From contig CM119268.1 of assembly GCA_051294375.1 (NCBI GenBank), forward strand, positions 20,430,148 through 20,494,147: a DNA stretch of 64,000 nt. Direction: 5' to 3'. This DNA is from Paraspadella gotoi. Its lineage: Eukaryota; Animalia; Chaetognatha. Below, piece by piece: positions 23,482-37,620 of this stretch; positions within the stretch are counted from its first letter, which is position 1; each line of letters begins with the position of its first letter. Under the pieces are notes generated by a model. The model had not been told where the DNA came from and did no database searches. It worked only from the letters and a program-made list of their open reading frames with translations. The translations under genes were made by a program, and so were the position numbers.

Positions 23482-24377
23482 TGTAGTGCGGGCAATTGCC
23501 TAAGTTCACCGGCTATAGGACTGAAACCTTCAATCTGTGACCCGGTGGCTCATTGAGTAAGACTCATGACACATGTACGGGTTCAATCCAACGCCGGTCC
23601 TACCCTACGGAAGCGTGAGGACGGCCGTAAGCCGCCTTGGGGAGTGGCAAACCCTCAAGCCTGGTTCCAAGCGCCGAAACCCGTTCCATAGGCTGCTAGA
23701 GGGGTTAAAGAAGTTGCGGATAGTACTCTTCAGTAAGGCGTAGTAAAATTATCTAAATTTACTTAATTAAAATTCTAAAAGTGAGGAAACGACATATATT
23801 ATATTAATTGAAATTCATATAATAAAAAAATTTATAATAAAATTTTACAAATTTACGCAGTAGGCCATATTTATACTATACTAAACCAATAATGTTAAAA
23901 TTTCAGAACAGTTTTTTTCTAAGATTTTTTTGCAGATTGGATTTGTCATAAAAAGTTGACAAAAAGAAATATAACTCTATTTTTGAAAAATCCTTCATTA
24001 AGTTGGTCAAAAATTAAAAAAAGCTATATTTTTAAGCTGAAAATTAACTTTTATATATTTAAATTATAGTTTTTTTAATTTTTACGACCACTTAATGAAA
24101 GAGTTTAAAAAATGATTTTATATTTCCTTTATCAACTTTTGACGAGGATTCAAAATCTGCAATCAAAATTAAGAAAAACCTATTTTGAAATTTTTCGTTA
24201 TTATAAGGATAGTACTCATTATAAATATACCTACTGCAAAAATTAAAAAACATAAAATTATTTTTTTTTACCAATTAATGTTCACTGATGGTATGTTGTT
24301 CATAATTGACTTTTAGAATTTTCGTATGTAACTTTCACTACGCTTACTCTTCAGCCCCACTTAGCGCCTTATTCACA
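23482..24377 (+). mobile_element. Family B solo LTR (inverted duplicate of 28303-28580) interrupted by a MITE; twister motif at 23607-23684
   Basis: tgtagt...; gaagcgtgaggacggccgtaagccgcc...ctggttccaagc; ...ttattcaca. Confidence 0.8.
23734..24346. mobile_element. Non-autonomous DNA transposon (hAT-like MITE), 613 bp
   Basis: Imperfect TIRs taaggcgtagtaaaatta / taactttcactacgctta; 8-bp TSD CTCTTCAG at 23726-23733 and 24347-24354. Confidence 0.85.
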
Positions 24378-24945
24378 ATGACTTTAGGACGGTAGCTAGC
24401 CGGTACCACAATTTATTGCCGTATTAAGCTTTTTAGATAATAATTATAAATATTAATTAAATAAAACCTACTTATTACTCTCTCGTGTTCGTCAGCCTTT
24501 TGCTCCATTCCGATCTTGACCTTCAAAGTTTCGAGACTGAAAAAGAATCAATAAAAAAGTTTTATCATTTTAAGGTGTTTGTCATTATGTTGGATTCTAA
24601 TTTTTCGTCAATTATTTAAATTAACAAAAGTTTTAACATAACCAAAAAATGGATACCTATTCCCATCCGTATTATTCTTGGTTCTTCGTCGATACCGATC
24701 TGATTCAAGATCAATTTGATCTTTTGTTGTTCCCGAAATTTGGATCGATTTTCCGTCCTCTTCAGGAAATCAACAATATAAAGATGGCCAAGAAATCGAT
24801 GCGACGAGCCAAGTCTTCTGAGGTCAAAATTCCCCAAATTTAGAATTTAAATCACAAATTCAATTATTACAAATACAAGTACTTAACCTAAAGCAGACAT
24901 TAGAAATGCCATTAGAATATAAAAGTTTCCATTCTTCAATCGTCA

Positions 24946-24985
<40 letters not shown>

Positions 24986-25029
24986 CTCTCTTCTCTCTCT
25001 CTCTCCTTTTTTTCTTTTTCTCTCTCACA

Positions 25030-25066
<37 letters not shown>

Positions 25067-25124
25067 CTCTCTCTCATCTTCTCTCTTTCTCTCTCTCTCT
25101 CCCTTTTTTTCTATTTCTCTCTCA

Positions 25125-25195
<71 letters not shown>

Positions 25196-26639
25196 TCCCC
25201 AACTCTATCCTTTTCTCAGTATTTCCTTCATTTTTCCTCTGTCTCAATAGTTCTATCGCTCTCTATTTCTTCCTCTTCTCTTGATTCATTATTTCAATTT
25301 CTCTTATGTTTCCTTCTTCATTTCCGGAATAAAAGAGAGAAAAGATTTCATTGTTCATTTTTTTTTCTCTTTGCATAATATATAATGCACTCGTTCTTTC
25401 ACCCCTTCCTCTTATGATAAAAGTTATTACAAGTTTTATATTTTTACATTTATTTTTTATTTTTTTCTTTTCTTTTCTTTTTTAATATCTCCCCTTCCAA
25501 GAAGAGAAATCCACAAAACTCGAAATCAAAAATTTGTATTTTCTTTTGATTTCTCAATTTTCGTTCTTCGATCGATCACCGTCGATCACTGTGACCCAGT
25601 TCTGCTCACTGTGACCCACCTACGATCAAAAACATTCACCGGGATTCGCGTGTGAAAATCCTCATCGCCTTTATGACGTCATCTTCACAAATTTTTCACG
25701 ATTTTTTCTCTTCTACGGAAACTTAAAAAAATTGTTAAAATTTAAATAGCTTAATTAATCACATTTTTAAAATAAAATCATTTTCAAACTTACTTATTAT
25801 CTCCTCCTCTCCTCTCCTCTCCTCCCTACCCCATCTTCTCCTCATTCCGACGACCAGTTCCAAAACCTCAGCATCGACGACGCTGTAGTGAAGCGGATTG
25901 TTGNNNNNNNNNNNNNNNNNNNNNNNNNGGAGGAGGAGGAGGAGGAGGAGGAGATAATAAGTAAGTTTGAAAATGATTTTATTTTAAAAATGTTGATTAA
26001 TTAAGCTATTTAAATTTTAACAATTTTTTTTAAGTTCCGTAGAAAGAGAAAAAATCGTGAAAAATTGTGAAGATGACGTCATAAAGGCGATGAGGATTTC
26101 ACACGCGAATCGCGTGAATGTTTTGATCGTAGGTGGGTCACAGTGAGCAGAACTGGGTCACAGTGATCGACGGTGATCGATCGAAGAACGAAAATTGAGA
26201 AATCAAAAGAAAATACAAATTTTGATTTCGAGTTTTTGTGGATTCTCTTCTTGGAAGGGGAGATATTAAAAAAAGAAAAGAAAAGAAAAAAATAAAAATA
26301 AATGTAAAAATATAAAACTTGTAATAACTTTTATCATAAGAGGAAGGGGTGGAAAGAACGAGTGCATTATATATTATGCAAAGAGAAAAAAAATGAACAA
26401 TGAAATCTTTTCTCTCTTTATTCCGGAAATGAAGAAGGAAACATAAGAGAAATTGAAATAAATGAATCAAGAGAAAGAGGAAGAAATAGAGAGCGATAGA
26501 ACTATTGAGACAGAGGAAAAATGAAGGAAATACTGAGAAAAGGATAGAGTTGGGGGGAGGGAGANNNNNNNNNNNNNNNNNNNNNNNNNTCTCTTTCTCT
26601 CTTCTCTCTCTCTCTCCCTTTTTTTCTTTTTCTCTCTCA

Positions 26640-26690
<51 letters not shown>

Positions 26691-26736
26691 TTCTCTCTTT
26701 CTCTCTCTCTCTCCCTTTTTTTCTATTTCTTCTCTC

Positions 26737-26780
<44 letters not shown>

Positions 26781-27682
26781 TCTCTCTCTCTCTCTCTCTC
26801 TCCTCTCCCTCCCCCAACTCTATCCTTTTCTCAGTATTTCCTTCATTTTTCCTCTGTCTCAATAGTTCTATCGCTCTCTATTTCTTCCTCTTCTCTTGAT
26901 TCATTTATTTCAATTTTCTCTTATGTTTCCTTCTTCATTTCCGGAATAAAGAAGAAGAAAAGATTTCATTGTTCATTTTTTTTTCTCTTTGCATAATATA
27001 TAATGCACTCGTTCTTTCCACCCCTTCCTCTTATGATAAAAGTTATTACAAGTTTTATATTTTTTACATTTATTTTTATTTTTTTTCTTTTCTTTTCTTT
27101 TTTTTTAATATCTCCCTTCCAAGAAGAGAATCCACAAAAACTCGAAATCAAAATTTGTATTTTCTTTTTGATTTCTCAATTTTCGTTCTTCGATCGATCA
27201 CCGTCGATCACTGTGACCCAGTTCTGCTCACTGTGACCCACCTACGATCAAAACATTCACGCGATTCGCGTGTGAAATCCTCATCGCCTTTATGACGTCA
27301 TCTTCACAAATTTTTCACGATTTTTTCTCTTTCTACGGAACTTAAAAAAATTGTTAAAATTTAAATAGCTTAATTAATCACATTTTTAAAATAAAATCAT
27401 TTTCAAACTTACTTATTATCTCCTCCTCCTCCTCCTCCTCCTCCTACCCATCCTTCTCCTCATTCCGACGACCAGTTCCAAAACCTCAGCATCACGAGCT
27501 GTAGTGAAGCGGATTGCTGTAGATGCGGAAGACGCGCGGGTGGAGCTGTGGCGTCGGCGGCTGCTGCTGCTGTTGCCGTCCTCTTGCTGCTGCTCGAGGA
27601 AACGTCGCACAAAAACAAATTATCCAAGGCATCGGTGAAAGCGATGGGAGATTCTGAAGAAAAAGTTACATGAAATTAAAAT

Positions 27683-27722
<40 letters not shown>

Positions 27723-27854
27723 TGACGATTGAAGAATGGAAACTTTTATATTCTAATGGCATTTCTAATCTCTGGCTTTAAAGGTTAAGTACTTGTATTT
27801 GTAATAATTGGAATTTGTGATTTTAAATTCTAAATTTGGGGAATTTTGACCTCA

Positions 27855-28851
27855 GAAGACTTGGCTCGTCGCATCGATTTCTTGGCCATCTTTATATTCG
27901 TTGATTTCCTGAAGAGGACGGGAAAATCGATCCAAATTTTCGGGAACAACAAAAGATCAAATTTGATCTTGAATCAGATCGGTATCGAAGCGAAGAACCA
28001 AGAATATACGGATGGGAATAGGTATCCATTTTTGGTTATGTTAAAACTTTTGTTAATTTAAATAAATTGACGAAAAATTAGATCCAAACATAATGACAAA
28101 CACCTTAAAATGATAAAACTTTTTTATTGATTTGCTTTTTCAGTCTCGAAACTTTGAAGGTCAAGATCGGAATGGAGCAAAAGGCTGACGAACACGAGAG
28201 AGTAATAAGTAGGTTTTATTTAATTAATATTTATAATTATTATCTAAAAAGCTTAATACGGCAATAAATTGTGGTACCGGCTAGCTACCGTCCTAAAGTC
28301 ATTGTGAATAAGGCGCTAAGTGGGGCTGAAGAGTACTATCCGCAACTTCTTTAACCCCCTCTAGCAGCCATGGAACGGGTTCTGGGCTTGGAACCAGGCT
28401 TGAGGGTTTGCCACTCCCCCAAGGCGGCTTACGGCCGTCCTCACGCTTCCCGTAGGGTAGGTACCGGGTTGGGATTGAACCCGGTACCCAGTGGTCATGA
28501 GCTTTACTCAATGAGCCACCGGGTCACAATTGAAGGTGTCATGCTTATAGCCGGGTGAACTTAGGCAATGCCCGACTACACATAACTTATTAACTATGTA
28601 GTTTTTAGGGTTCGGAATAAGGTTAGAGATTGGATTAAAAATTAGGATTTTGCTCACCTCTTTTTTAAATCCGACTTTTTATCTTTTGTGACCAAAATCT
28701 ACCTCCTTTTATAACAGACCTGACTCCGTCCGATGCGATTGTCCTCATCATCGCCTTCAGATCTTTGATCTCCTCCGATCTTCACGAGAGATACGCGAGG
28801 AGAGGGTTGGGATTCAAGATGGCCGCGCCCAGCCTTACTGGTCAAAAAGAG
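27855..28851 (+). CDS. DGLUCY: Displaced 3' exons of DGLUCY copy 2
   Basis: ~27855-28021 (FVDFLKRTGKSIQIFGNNK), ~28144-28202 and ~28718-28851 (DAIVLIIAFRSLISSDLHERYARRG) are homologous to copy 1 exons 7-9. Confidence 0.65.
28303..28580 (-). mobile_element. Family B solo LTR with intact twister motif (28375-28453)
   Basis: TG..CA ends, flanked by CAT on both sides; P5 here is ACGGG/CCCGU, so the G.U pair of the other copies becomes A-U. Confidence 0.88.
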
Positions 28852-29013
28852 GTGGGTAGGTCTTAGTCTGCTAATGAATTGAAGGAAGTTAAAAAAACAA
28901 TGGAGGACATTATATAATTATATTTTAATATATTGTCCAATGTCAATGAAAAATATTATGTAAACGTTTTTTCACAATTAAAAATAACGGCTTTTATAAT
29001 GGAATAGTGTGCG

Positions 29014-29087
<74 letters not shown>

Positions 29088-29099
29088 AAAATAGCAGTA

Positions 29100-29560
29100 G
29101 ACGCGAGAAACCCTTTGATTTCAAGTTTTCACTCAGGACTTTAAATTGTCCCCAATCAAGCGACTTCGTTCCTTCGTACGAATCTGCGATGTTTGTCAAG
29201 CAGCGACAAATCTAGTTTCGGAGAGATTTAATTTTAAAAAGCTTTTATCTTGGGGAGAAAGTCTTTTTACGATCGTGAATTTGATGGTGTGATTTCGTAA
29301 TTTCGTGATTTTGTAGAAGCCATTTCTCTCATCGTGAAAACCGATGAGAGAGTGTTGAGGATTAATGTCTTTGGAGCCGAAAAGTCCTAGGTTCTACCGC
29401 TGTTGACGTCGAGCAGTTAAGTTGAAGGGAGCTCCTGACCAGCCTGAAGCATAGTGCTGCCGCTATGCCCCCATGGCCTGCTGCTCTCCCGTATGAACCT
29501 TTTATCAATTCATAACAATACTTAATTCTCTGTCATAACTATGTACGTTTCTCCTGCAGC
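29100..29560 (-). other. Possible frameshifted coding exon of an unidentified minus-strand gene
   Basis: Balanced composition, AG acceptor near 29561, partial open frames (LFGSKDINPQHSLIGFHDERNGFYKITKLRNHTIKFTIVKR); no family recognised. Confidence 0.3.
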
Positions 29561-30112
29561 TGGAATTTAGAAAGTTTATTTTGAAAAGGACTTTTGCTGT
29601 GTTTATAGTGATTGGGGGGCAGAGGCTGGGATGCGGCCAGGGGCGTAGTAGTGGGGGCGGAAAGGTTAGGGTAAGTTAAATGGATTCGGGCGGTGAGGAA
29701 AAGCGGGACGCGAGAGACTCGAGTCAAAGTTTGGAAAATCGTTTTTGTTGATACTTAGTCCCTAAAACCCAACGCCAGTTTTAAGCCTTTGGTTTGCCAA
29801 ACACGAGCTTTAGACCTGAGAGGGCAAAGCGAAAATTAAAGAATGANNNNNNNNNNNNNNNNNNNNNNNNNTCTTTTTTAAAAATCAAAGAGAATAGCTG
29901 GAGAGTAAATTTATAAGAATTATTATCAAATTGTGATATGGCTTATCTTAAAATTTTCCTTTTTTCTCAGCGCCTTTCAAATGATACTTATAATAATATA
30001 ATATTTTTGTTATATAATTTAAAACTAGGTCATATATTTTGAAAAAAGATTTAAAAATTTTAAATAATTCACTTTTGACAGCTCTTAATTGAACCAAGCT
30101 GGGCCAGCTCAC

Positions 30113-31330
30113 TTTTTTAGTCGATCTGCTTATCAGCAGATCCCGACTCTATAACTCACCTTTTATAAACTACTTTTTCGGTCCGTCGGTCCGCCCCCTC
30201 AAATATTGTCGGGCACACCACTTATAATCATGTCAGAAATCGAATTAAATGATAATTATCAAAAAAATGATGTCCGTTGCGTTCCGTCTGTCTGTCCGTC
30301 GTCCTATCCGTGCCGTCGCGTCCGTGCCGTCCGTTGGCCGTCCGCACCTTAGGCAAAAAACACCAATTAACTCGTGGATTGGACTTTGCGATGATTTACA
30401 AATGAAATTTTGTGTTGTGGATAGGTAAGTGTGTTGATTGAGCTGGATAATTAAGTTTGATGGAAATCGTCCGAGTGGAAATGAGTTTAAATGGAAAAAA
30501 CAAAAAAAATTATTCACTATTTGAAGCACCAATTGCTCATGAGTGGATGGGGCTTGATTGACCTGGAATTTTGTATGTTGGGTAGGAAAGTGTGTGATTG
30601 AAGCGGAAATCAAGTTTCGATGGAATAGTTTGAGTGGAAATGAGTTTAAATGGAAAAAAACAAAAAACCCTGTTTTAACTAATTGATTATGCTTCTTTTT
30701 CCTTTATATTAAATGTATCTGCAGGATGTATTAATAAATCAAATAATGTAATCAAGTTAATTAATCAATTATAAAATAAATTAATTCAATAATTTAATTA
30801 AATTAGTCAATCAATCCGTCATCCGTCCCATCTTAGCAAAAAAGCTCCAATAACTCGTTGATTGGCCTGGTTGGATTGGAATTATTTTGTTGTGTGGGTA
30901 GGAAAAGTGTGTGATAAAGCTGGATATAAAAATTTCGATGGAAATCGTGTGAGTGGAAATTAGTTTAAAATGGAAAAAAACATAAGTCGAATTTACTAAA
31001 ATCTTTACTTATTTTAACCAATAAATAACTCCTATTAATCATAATTGGATGGATAGATTGAGTTGAAAATTTTGTGTGTGGGTAGGAAACGTATGACGAA
31101 GCTTGATATAAAGTTTCAGTGGAAACAGTACCCGCAGTGGAGATGAAGTTTTAAATGAAAAAATATGAGTCCATTTACTTAATCTTTTAATTTATTTTAA
31201 CCCATGATAGATTGAGAAATGAAATTTTTTGTGAGCCGGTAGGAAAGTGAGTGAAGAAGCTTAGATATAAAGTTTTGACGGAATTGGCAAGTTGAAAAAA
31301 TTATGCAAGTTGAAAAAAATGATGCCCAAG
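30113..31330 (+). mobile_element. DINE-1/HINE-like element (5' end and repeated core), low-quality sequence
   Basis: ttttttagtcgatctgcttatcagcagatcccgactctataa followed by GTCY tract and core repeats; 3'-end fragments at ~32985-33026 and 63620-63665. Confidence 0.65.
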
Positions 31331-31849
31331 TTAAAAAAATCTTAAAAGCATAGGAATCGGTCGCTATTTTGCAATAAAAAGAGAGAGAGCAGAGAGCAGA
31401 GAGAAAGAAGAGTGTGAAGAGAGAGAGAGAGAGTGAGAGAAGAAAGAGAGAGGTGAGAGAGAGAAGAGAGAGAGAGAGAAGGAGACATAAAAAAATAAAA
31501 AAATCTAAAAAGACTCAAGATCGAGCAAGAGCCCACTATCATAGAAAATTAATGAAAAAAAGCGCGGGAAAAACGAATGAATCATGCGATAACGGAATTG
31601 TTGATGTTACTAGTAATTGAATTAGTAATAACTAATTGATTGATGTAAATATATTTATTGATGTAAATTAGGAATTAGATTATGATTCGATGAAAAATCA
31701 ATTATTGATGCGATGATAGTCCATTCCCTTGCTTGTGATGAATAGTCATTCAGATGATGCGATGAATATGGTCATTCATTGATGGCGAATGATTGTCATC
31801 TCATTGATGCGAATGATAGTCAATAAAACAAACAAATGCGTGTATGAGT

Positions 31850-31899
<50 letters not shown>

Positions 31900-31904
31900 A
31901 AGAA

Positions 31905-31939
<35 letters not shown>

Positions 31940-32324
31940 AAGAAAGAGAATAAATACCACGAAAAATCCTCGGAATGAAAATATGGGATTTTGTATTGAA
32001 AAAGTGCGGAATATGGCAATAATAAAAAGTTTTTAGAAGGAAAAAAATAATCAGAAATTTTTCAAAAAAACAAACAATCACGACAAAAGAATCGGACAGA
32101 TAGGTGACAGACACAACAACAGAAGACAGAGAGACAGAGAGAGAGAGAGAAAAAGAGAGAGAGAGAGAGAGACAGCCGCTGCAGAGAAAAAGAGAAAGAG
32201 AAAGAGCGATATATAATAATTAAAAGAGAGAGAGAGAGAGAGAAGCATCTTACAGCCCCTTTACTCGTTAAAAGAATGCAGCAGTACTATATGGCGCCCG
32301 CACGTAGCGTGAGCTATTCTCTAC

Positions 32325-32441
32325 CCAAAGGACGCCGGGTTTTTTCGCACCCTGTTCGGCGGGCAATCGTTTTTTAACATTAGTGAACCCTTCAACATTA
32401 TATTAAAAAATTGTTTGTAAAAATGAGAGAGAGAGAAGAGA

Positions 32442-32473
<32 letters not shown>

Positions 32474-35400
32474 AAGAGCTGGACAAGACGCTGCAGAGGC
32501 GGAACTCGTTTTTAGAAGAAGCAGTGACCGGGAGAAAAAGAGAGAGAGAGAGAGCGACATATATTAAAACGTTTTTGTTTTGTAAATAAAAACATAAACT
32601 AAAATACCAATATTGATAAATGAAACAATGAAGAATTTTAAAGATGCTTGATGATTAGAAGCCCATATATGAAAATTCAACACCTATGATACTCACACTT
32701 TCAGAAGCCAGATTGGCAAAAAGCGAGACGCACCGAAAGCTAAACCGAAAAAAATCTAGACAGGACGGGCTTTTGCCCGCTCTGGGCTCGATAATAGAGG
32801 ATATTTGTTTGTTTTGATAAAATGTAAAACAAAAACATTTTAATAACTGTCCCTGACTCAATTTAAAGGACATCGAATGATACAAAGCTGAAATAAAATT
32901 ATAATTAATCTATAATTAATTAATCTATTAATTAATTAATTAATCCTATTAATTAATTAATTATTAATCAATTAATTAATTAATGTATCGTAGGCAGAAT
33001 CCGACATTGTTTGCTCAAAACTTGTTAATGTTAGAGCTTTTCGTAAGTATATTCATCGTCTCTTCATATTTTTAAGGGCTTTCTGAGGAATATTAATATT
33101 GTTAATATTTTAAATAAACACTTTGTTTTAAAAAGTGTTAAAAGTTAAAAAAAAAGAATTTAAAAACAGTGAGTTGGAAAAATGAAACCCGATTTACAAG
33201 CCAACTTTCTCCCACTCCATTGTCAAGGCCATATCTTAAACTGATCACTAATAAAAGTTTTAAACACATAAATAGTTTTAGTATTTTCTAAACTCAACTA
33301 ATTTTTAAAATAAAAAAAATTAACTACTGGTTTACAAATGAACAAGCGTATTTCTGAGCCGGCGCTTGTTAAAAATTATCACCATGTATATGAGCTAATT
33401 CAATATGCTTTCCTAATTATTTTGCCAATTCTTTAACGTGACGCTTTCAATAAGACCTTGTCTATTGGTCCGCAGCCGCGCGTGGCCAATGGGGAAATAA
33501 CAGTAGAAGGCAACCAGTGAACTCGGTTGTTCTTGAATGTTTTTGCGGTTGAAGACCAGATTCGGTCCTGTTGTCAATGCGAAAAACAAAAAAAAAAATA
33601 ATTTCAAGAGCAAAAGTTAGATATTTTTCAGATTTTCTTCTCGTTGAATATACATATGATTCTATTCTATGAAAAAAATCGTTGAAGTTCTCTCCTCTGT
33701 TCGAAAATGTTCTCAACAAAAGACAATAAGAGATCGAAAACAAAAAATATTAAGAAATTAAAGGAATTGGGAAATGTCACCGAGAAAAATGAAAATCTGA
33801 CGGATAAAAGATAGAAATCGGCCTGTTTTTAGGTTCCTGAATTCCATCCAATATTGAATATAAATTAATAATTATTAAAAACGTTATATATCATTAACTA
33901 ATAGCATTACCTTAAAAATACTGCTCGAACTGGCTATCGATGAAAGCCTCCAAACCGGCTCCAACATTCCTCGTTATTGACGGCGTCTCCGATCCACCGT
34001 TGTCTACGATGGTGAGACGGAGTTTGACGCCGCGTTCCTCGTCTCGCAACATCTTCTTCTCGATGTTGGACGTCTTGTCGATGCGCTCCTTCCACCGCCC
34101 ACAGTTTACGGTCTTTGTTAAGAGATCTGTCGAGGAAAGGATTTTCCCCAGCCGAGGGATGGGGGGAAGTCACGGTGAATAGTTCGAGAAAGTGAAGTTG
34201 TGATGTGTGAAAGTTGTCATTATTTGACGAAAGCCCCCATTTCTTTCTTGAATCTTGAGCTCAATTTTTAATCCTGTTATCTAATCTTAATCTTTTAACA
34301 AACCTCCACCGGCTAAACTCTAACCACATAATCGTGGACTTAAATAACTTAATAATTAATAACATAAAAATTAAATTAATTAGGAAAAAATCCTTAACCC
34401 TGGAACAATTATGCGTAATCCTTAAAACCAATAATCCTTTACCCCTAATCCCCTGACCAGTGACCACTCCATAACCAAACCCCATCACCTCACTCTCAAC
34501 CTCTGATGCTAATCTTTAAATTTAAAAATCTGACCCATACTGATATTAAGCATAAATGGGAACGCTTTAGTAATATTACTATCTAGGAAAAAACTAGCTC
34601 TTATACAGCAAATTGAGGTGTGACAGTGAAATGTTTTTGGCATCTTTAAACACAATTCTTTTTACGCCTCGATGTTGATGTTGAGCATCTTTCCCCTTTT
34701 TCTGAGAGCTATAATAACATTTTTTTTGGAGGCAAAATGGTGGGAAAACTAAATACTAATTTTTTTTGATCTATTTTTCATTTGAAGTAAACAATATTTT
34801 TTGCCTGTAACTTCTTAAAACGATTTGATCTAGCAAAAAAAAATTAAAAGAAGCTACCTAAAAAGAAATTCAATGTAGAATTCGGAATTTTTAAATTTTT
34901 ATTTTAAAAAGTCAAATAAAAGTTTTTGAGTAGATATCTTTTATTAAAAATGTGATATAGTTGGAAACTGTCAAAAACATGCTGTTGGGTAAGAGTTGAT
35001 TTCCCGAGTCCAGATTCGCCAACGACCAATGAGAGTGAAATCGAAGCCGCGTTTCACCGATTTTGCGATGAAATTATTTAATGAATTCAATGCTGTGAGA
35101 TTATGCATAGCAGATATTTTTGTACGAGAACTGCTAAGTTTTAAACGAATGTTCAAGTTTAGGAACGTGACTTTTTTCTTTATTTCTTTCGTTCTAGTTA
35201 TTGCATTTAATTTATTTATAATATATATATATAGTTATTTATTATATATTATATTTATGTTTGTTTGTTTTTTTCTTTGTTTTCTTTATTTTTTCTTCTT
35301 TATTATTTTTTTTCTTTCTTTCTGTACTTATTTTTTTTCTTTTCTTTCTTTTTTCTTTTCTTTCTTTTATTTATTTCCTTATTTTCTTTCCCTATTTCTT

Positions 35401-35566
35401 TTTTCTTCTTTTCTTCTTTATTTCTTTTCCATTTTTCTTCGTCCCATTCACACTGTTCCAGGGAGGGTGGCGAATCCAGATCCCAATGCCGACGATGCGT
35501 CGCCCTCCTCTCTACTTCCGGCATCACAATCTGTCCGCTTGGATTTTCGCGAACTGAACCTGTCAT
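32325..35566 (-). CDS. Septin (SEPT2 group, SEPT4/5-like), heavily frameshifted in this assembly
   Basis: Exons at about 35566-35451 (GFATLP.Q), 35075-34965 (KSVKRGFDFTL.VVGESGLGKSTL), 34135-33911 (EERGVKLRLTIVD..GDAVNNEECW..FIDSQFEQYF) and 33573-33455 (ESGL.RKNIQ.NRVH...F.P.GH.LRPID). More degraded candidate exons continue down to ~32325. Confidence 0.85.
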
Positions 35567-36067
35567 AAAATTATAGACTATGAGTGAATCAAATGATGAT
35601 AATTGATGATCGCAGGTTAATTTTAATGACAGCCTAGTGAATGAATTAAAAAAGATAACACGACTGGCAATAATGACAGCCCAAAATAACAACAGTTTAT
35701 TGTCTAAACCAAATTTTTTTGTCACTGTTAAAAACAATCTATATTTGAAAATGATAATACCGTTAGAAAAGAAAAAATAAATTAAATTCCATCGCCAAAA
35801 AAATACGAAAAAAAACGTTCGCTTTCCAAAGCTATTTTTGTGTTTGAGGCCGCATATTTTGCCTTTGTTTTTAATTTTTTAAAGTCATAATTTTAAACCC
35901 GCAGATAAGTTTAATGTTTCATTGTTTTTGTTAAAACATTACATCAGGATTTAAACGAAACGATTTAGATAAAGCAGACAAGGGCGAAAACAAAGGACTG
36001 AATTTTTTTTGACGATTTGAAGGCGTTGACGTTACTGAATAACATCAAACAATGTATGATTGTAAAA

Positions 36068-37436
36068 ATGTCTTCAGATAATACCTGGTGCTGCCGTTGG
36101 AAGTTCCGTAGCTCCTAGCGTCTCTCCAATGACTCGCTACTTCCCAAGTGCTCCTCGAAATAAGAACGACGATGACGACGACATAATTCGTGAGCGGAAA
36201 TTAAAAAAATCCTGAATCACGTCGAAGGAATATTTTCGATGTCTCTCTCTCTCTATCGTTTTCCTAATTAAGTTAGGGGTTCCGACAGAAACGTCTTGCG
36301 ATCCCTCAATCTTCCACTCGCTTCGTAGGAATCCAGGATATTTTTCAACCATTAAACAGGCGAAAATTGGCGAATCGGTTGAGTTTAAGCCTTACGAACA
36401 TATTTACTCTCGAAAAGTGTTAAGGCGAAAGCATAAGTTTTTTCTTTCTTAATGCCGATCGAAAAAAAAATGAAATTTGTCAGTCAATGAGTCGAAAAAA
36501 AAATGTCCTTATGAGAAACTTTACTTTTTTTCAATTTTTGATAGAAAGAACCGTTTGTTACACTTTGGCTGCCACGAAATAATATGAATCTGGTTTTGTT
36601 TAAGATTCGCCGAATGAGAAATGGGTGAGCCTTTCTTTCTTTGGTTCAACAAGAATTTTCGGATAAAACAAAATATTGAATTCGATCAGATATATTTTCT
36701 TTTCTTTTTCAGTTCAAACTTCTTTTTTTAAATACGAGATTTTTTTTCTTCATTTCAAGAATTTGAACAAATTTTGTTCAGCGGATTTTATGTAACTTGG
36801 CCGAAATTTATAGAGCGACGGATAGAAAAAGGAAATTTTGCCTTGTCATCTTTCTATTCACAAATTTAAAATTAATTATATTACAAATCTTTTTAGCGAA
36901 GCTCATTTTTAAAACCAAGCTTTGAGAGTAAAACAACGCGCTGTTTTGTAAGTAAAGCTTTCCTCTCTCGCGCAGAGAGCGTGTTTGTCATGAAGCTTTC
37001 CTCTACCGCGGCTTGCTGCTGGCTCCTATAGCGGCGGCGGCGCCCGAACGCTGCCGACGACCACTATCCTATCCCTCCTTCCTCTCCTCCTTACCTTTAA
37101 AAACTAGAGAGCTCCTCCTCTTCCGCCACCTCGGATATTCCTGGTATGGGCAATGCGCGTGTTTTGATAAAAATCCGACGAATATTTGCCGATAGTAACA
37201 AATGAGGAAACCAATTTCGCGTGCTCCAAATAATGGTTGTACCAATATCATAATTTTTAATGTCCGAGTTAGGCAAGGGAAAATATATGCATATCATAGA
37301 TTAAACATTGTCCTAATTTTCCCGGTTCATCCTATTCTTGAGGGCCAAAAAGCTCTTGACTTCTCATTGGTTGCGCACGTCTCTCCATCCCTCTCTCTCT
37401 CTCTCTCTTACGTCTCTCTCCTCCTCTCTCTCTCTC

Positions 37437-37479
<43 letters not shown>

Positions 37480-37513
37480 TCTCATCCTCTTCTTCTCGCT
37501 CTCTCTCTCCTCA

Positions 37514-37545
<32 letters not shown>

Positions 37546-37589
37546 TTAGAGCTTTTCTTGTGTAATTAGAGTCGAAACCCCCCGTCTTC

Positions 37590-37620
<31 letters not shown>

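Larger units (their letters stand above)
22588..27685. other. Scrambled inverted and duplicated segments of the DGLUCY copy 2 3' region (probable misassembly or haplotype mixing)
   Basis: 22588-24950 is the reverse complement of ~27720-29452; 24950-25903, 25929-26564 and 26590-27685 are repeated or inverted copies of one intron and exon, separated by N gaps. Confidence 0.8.
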
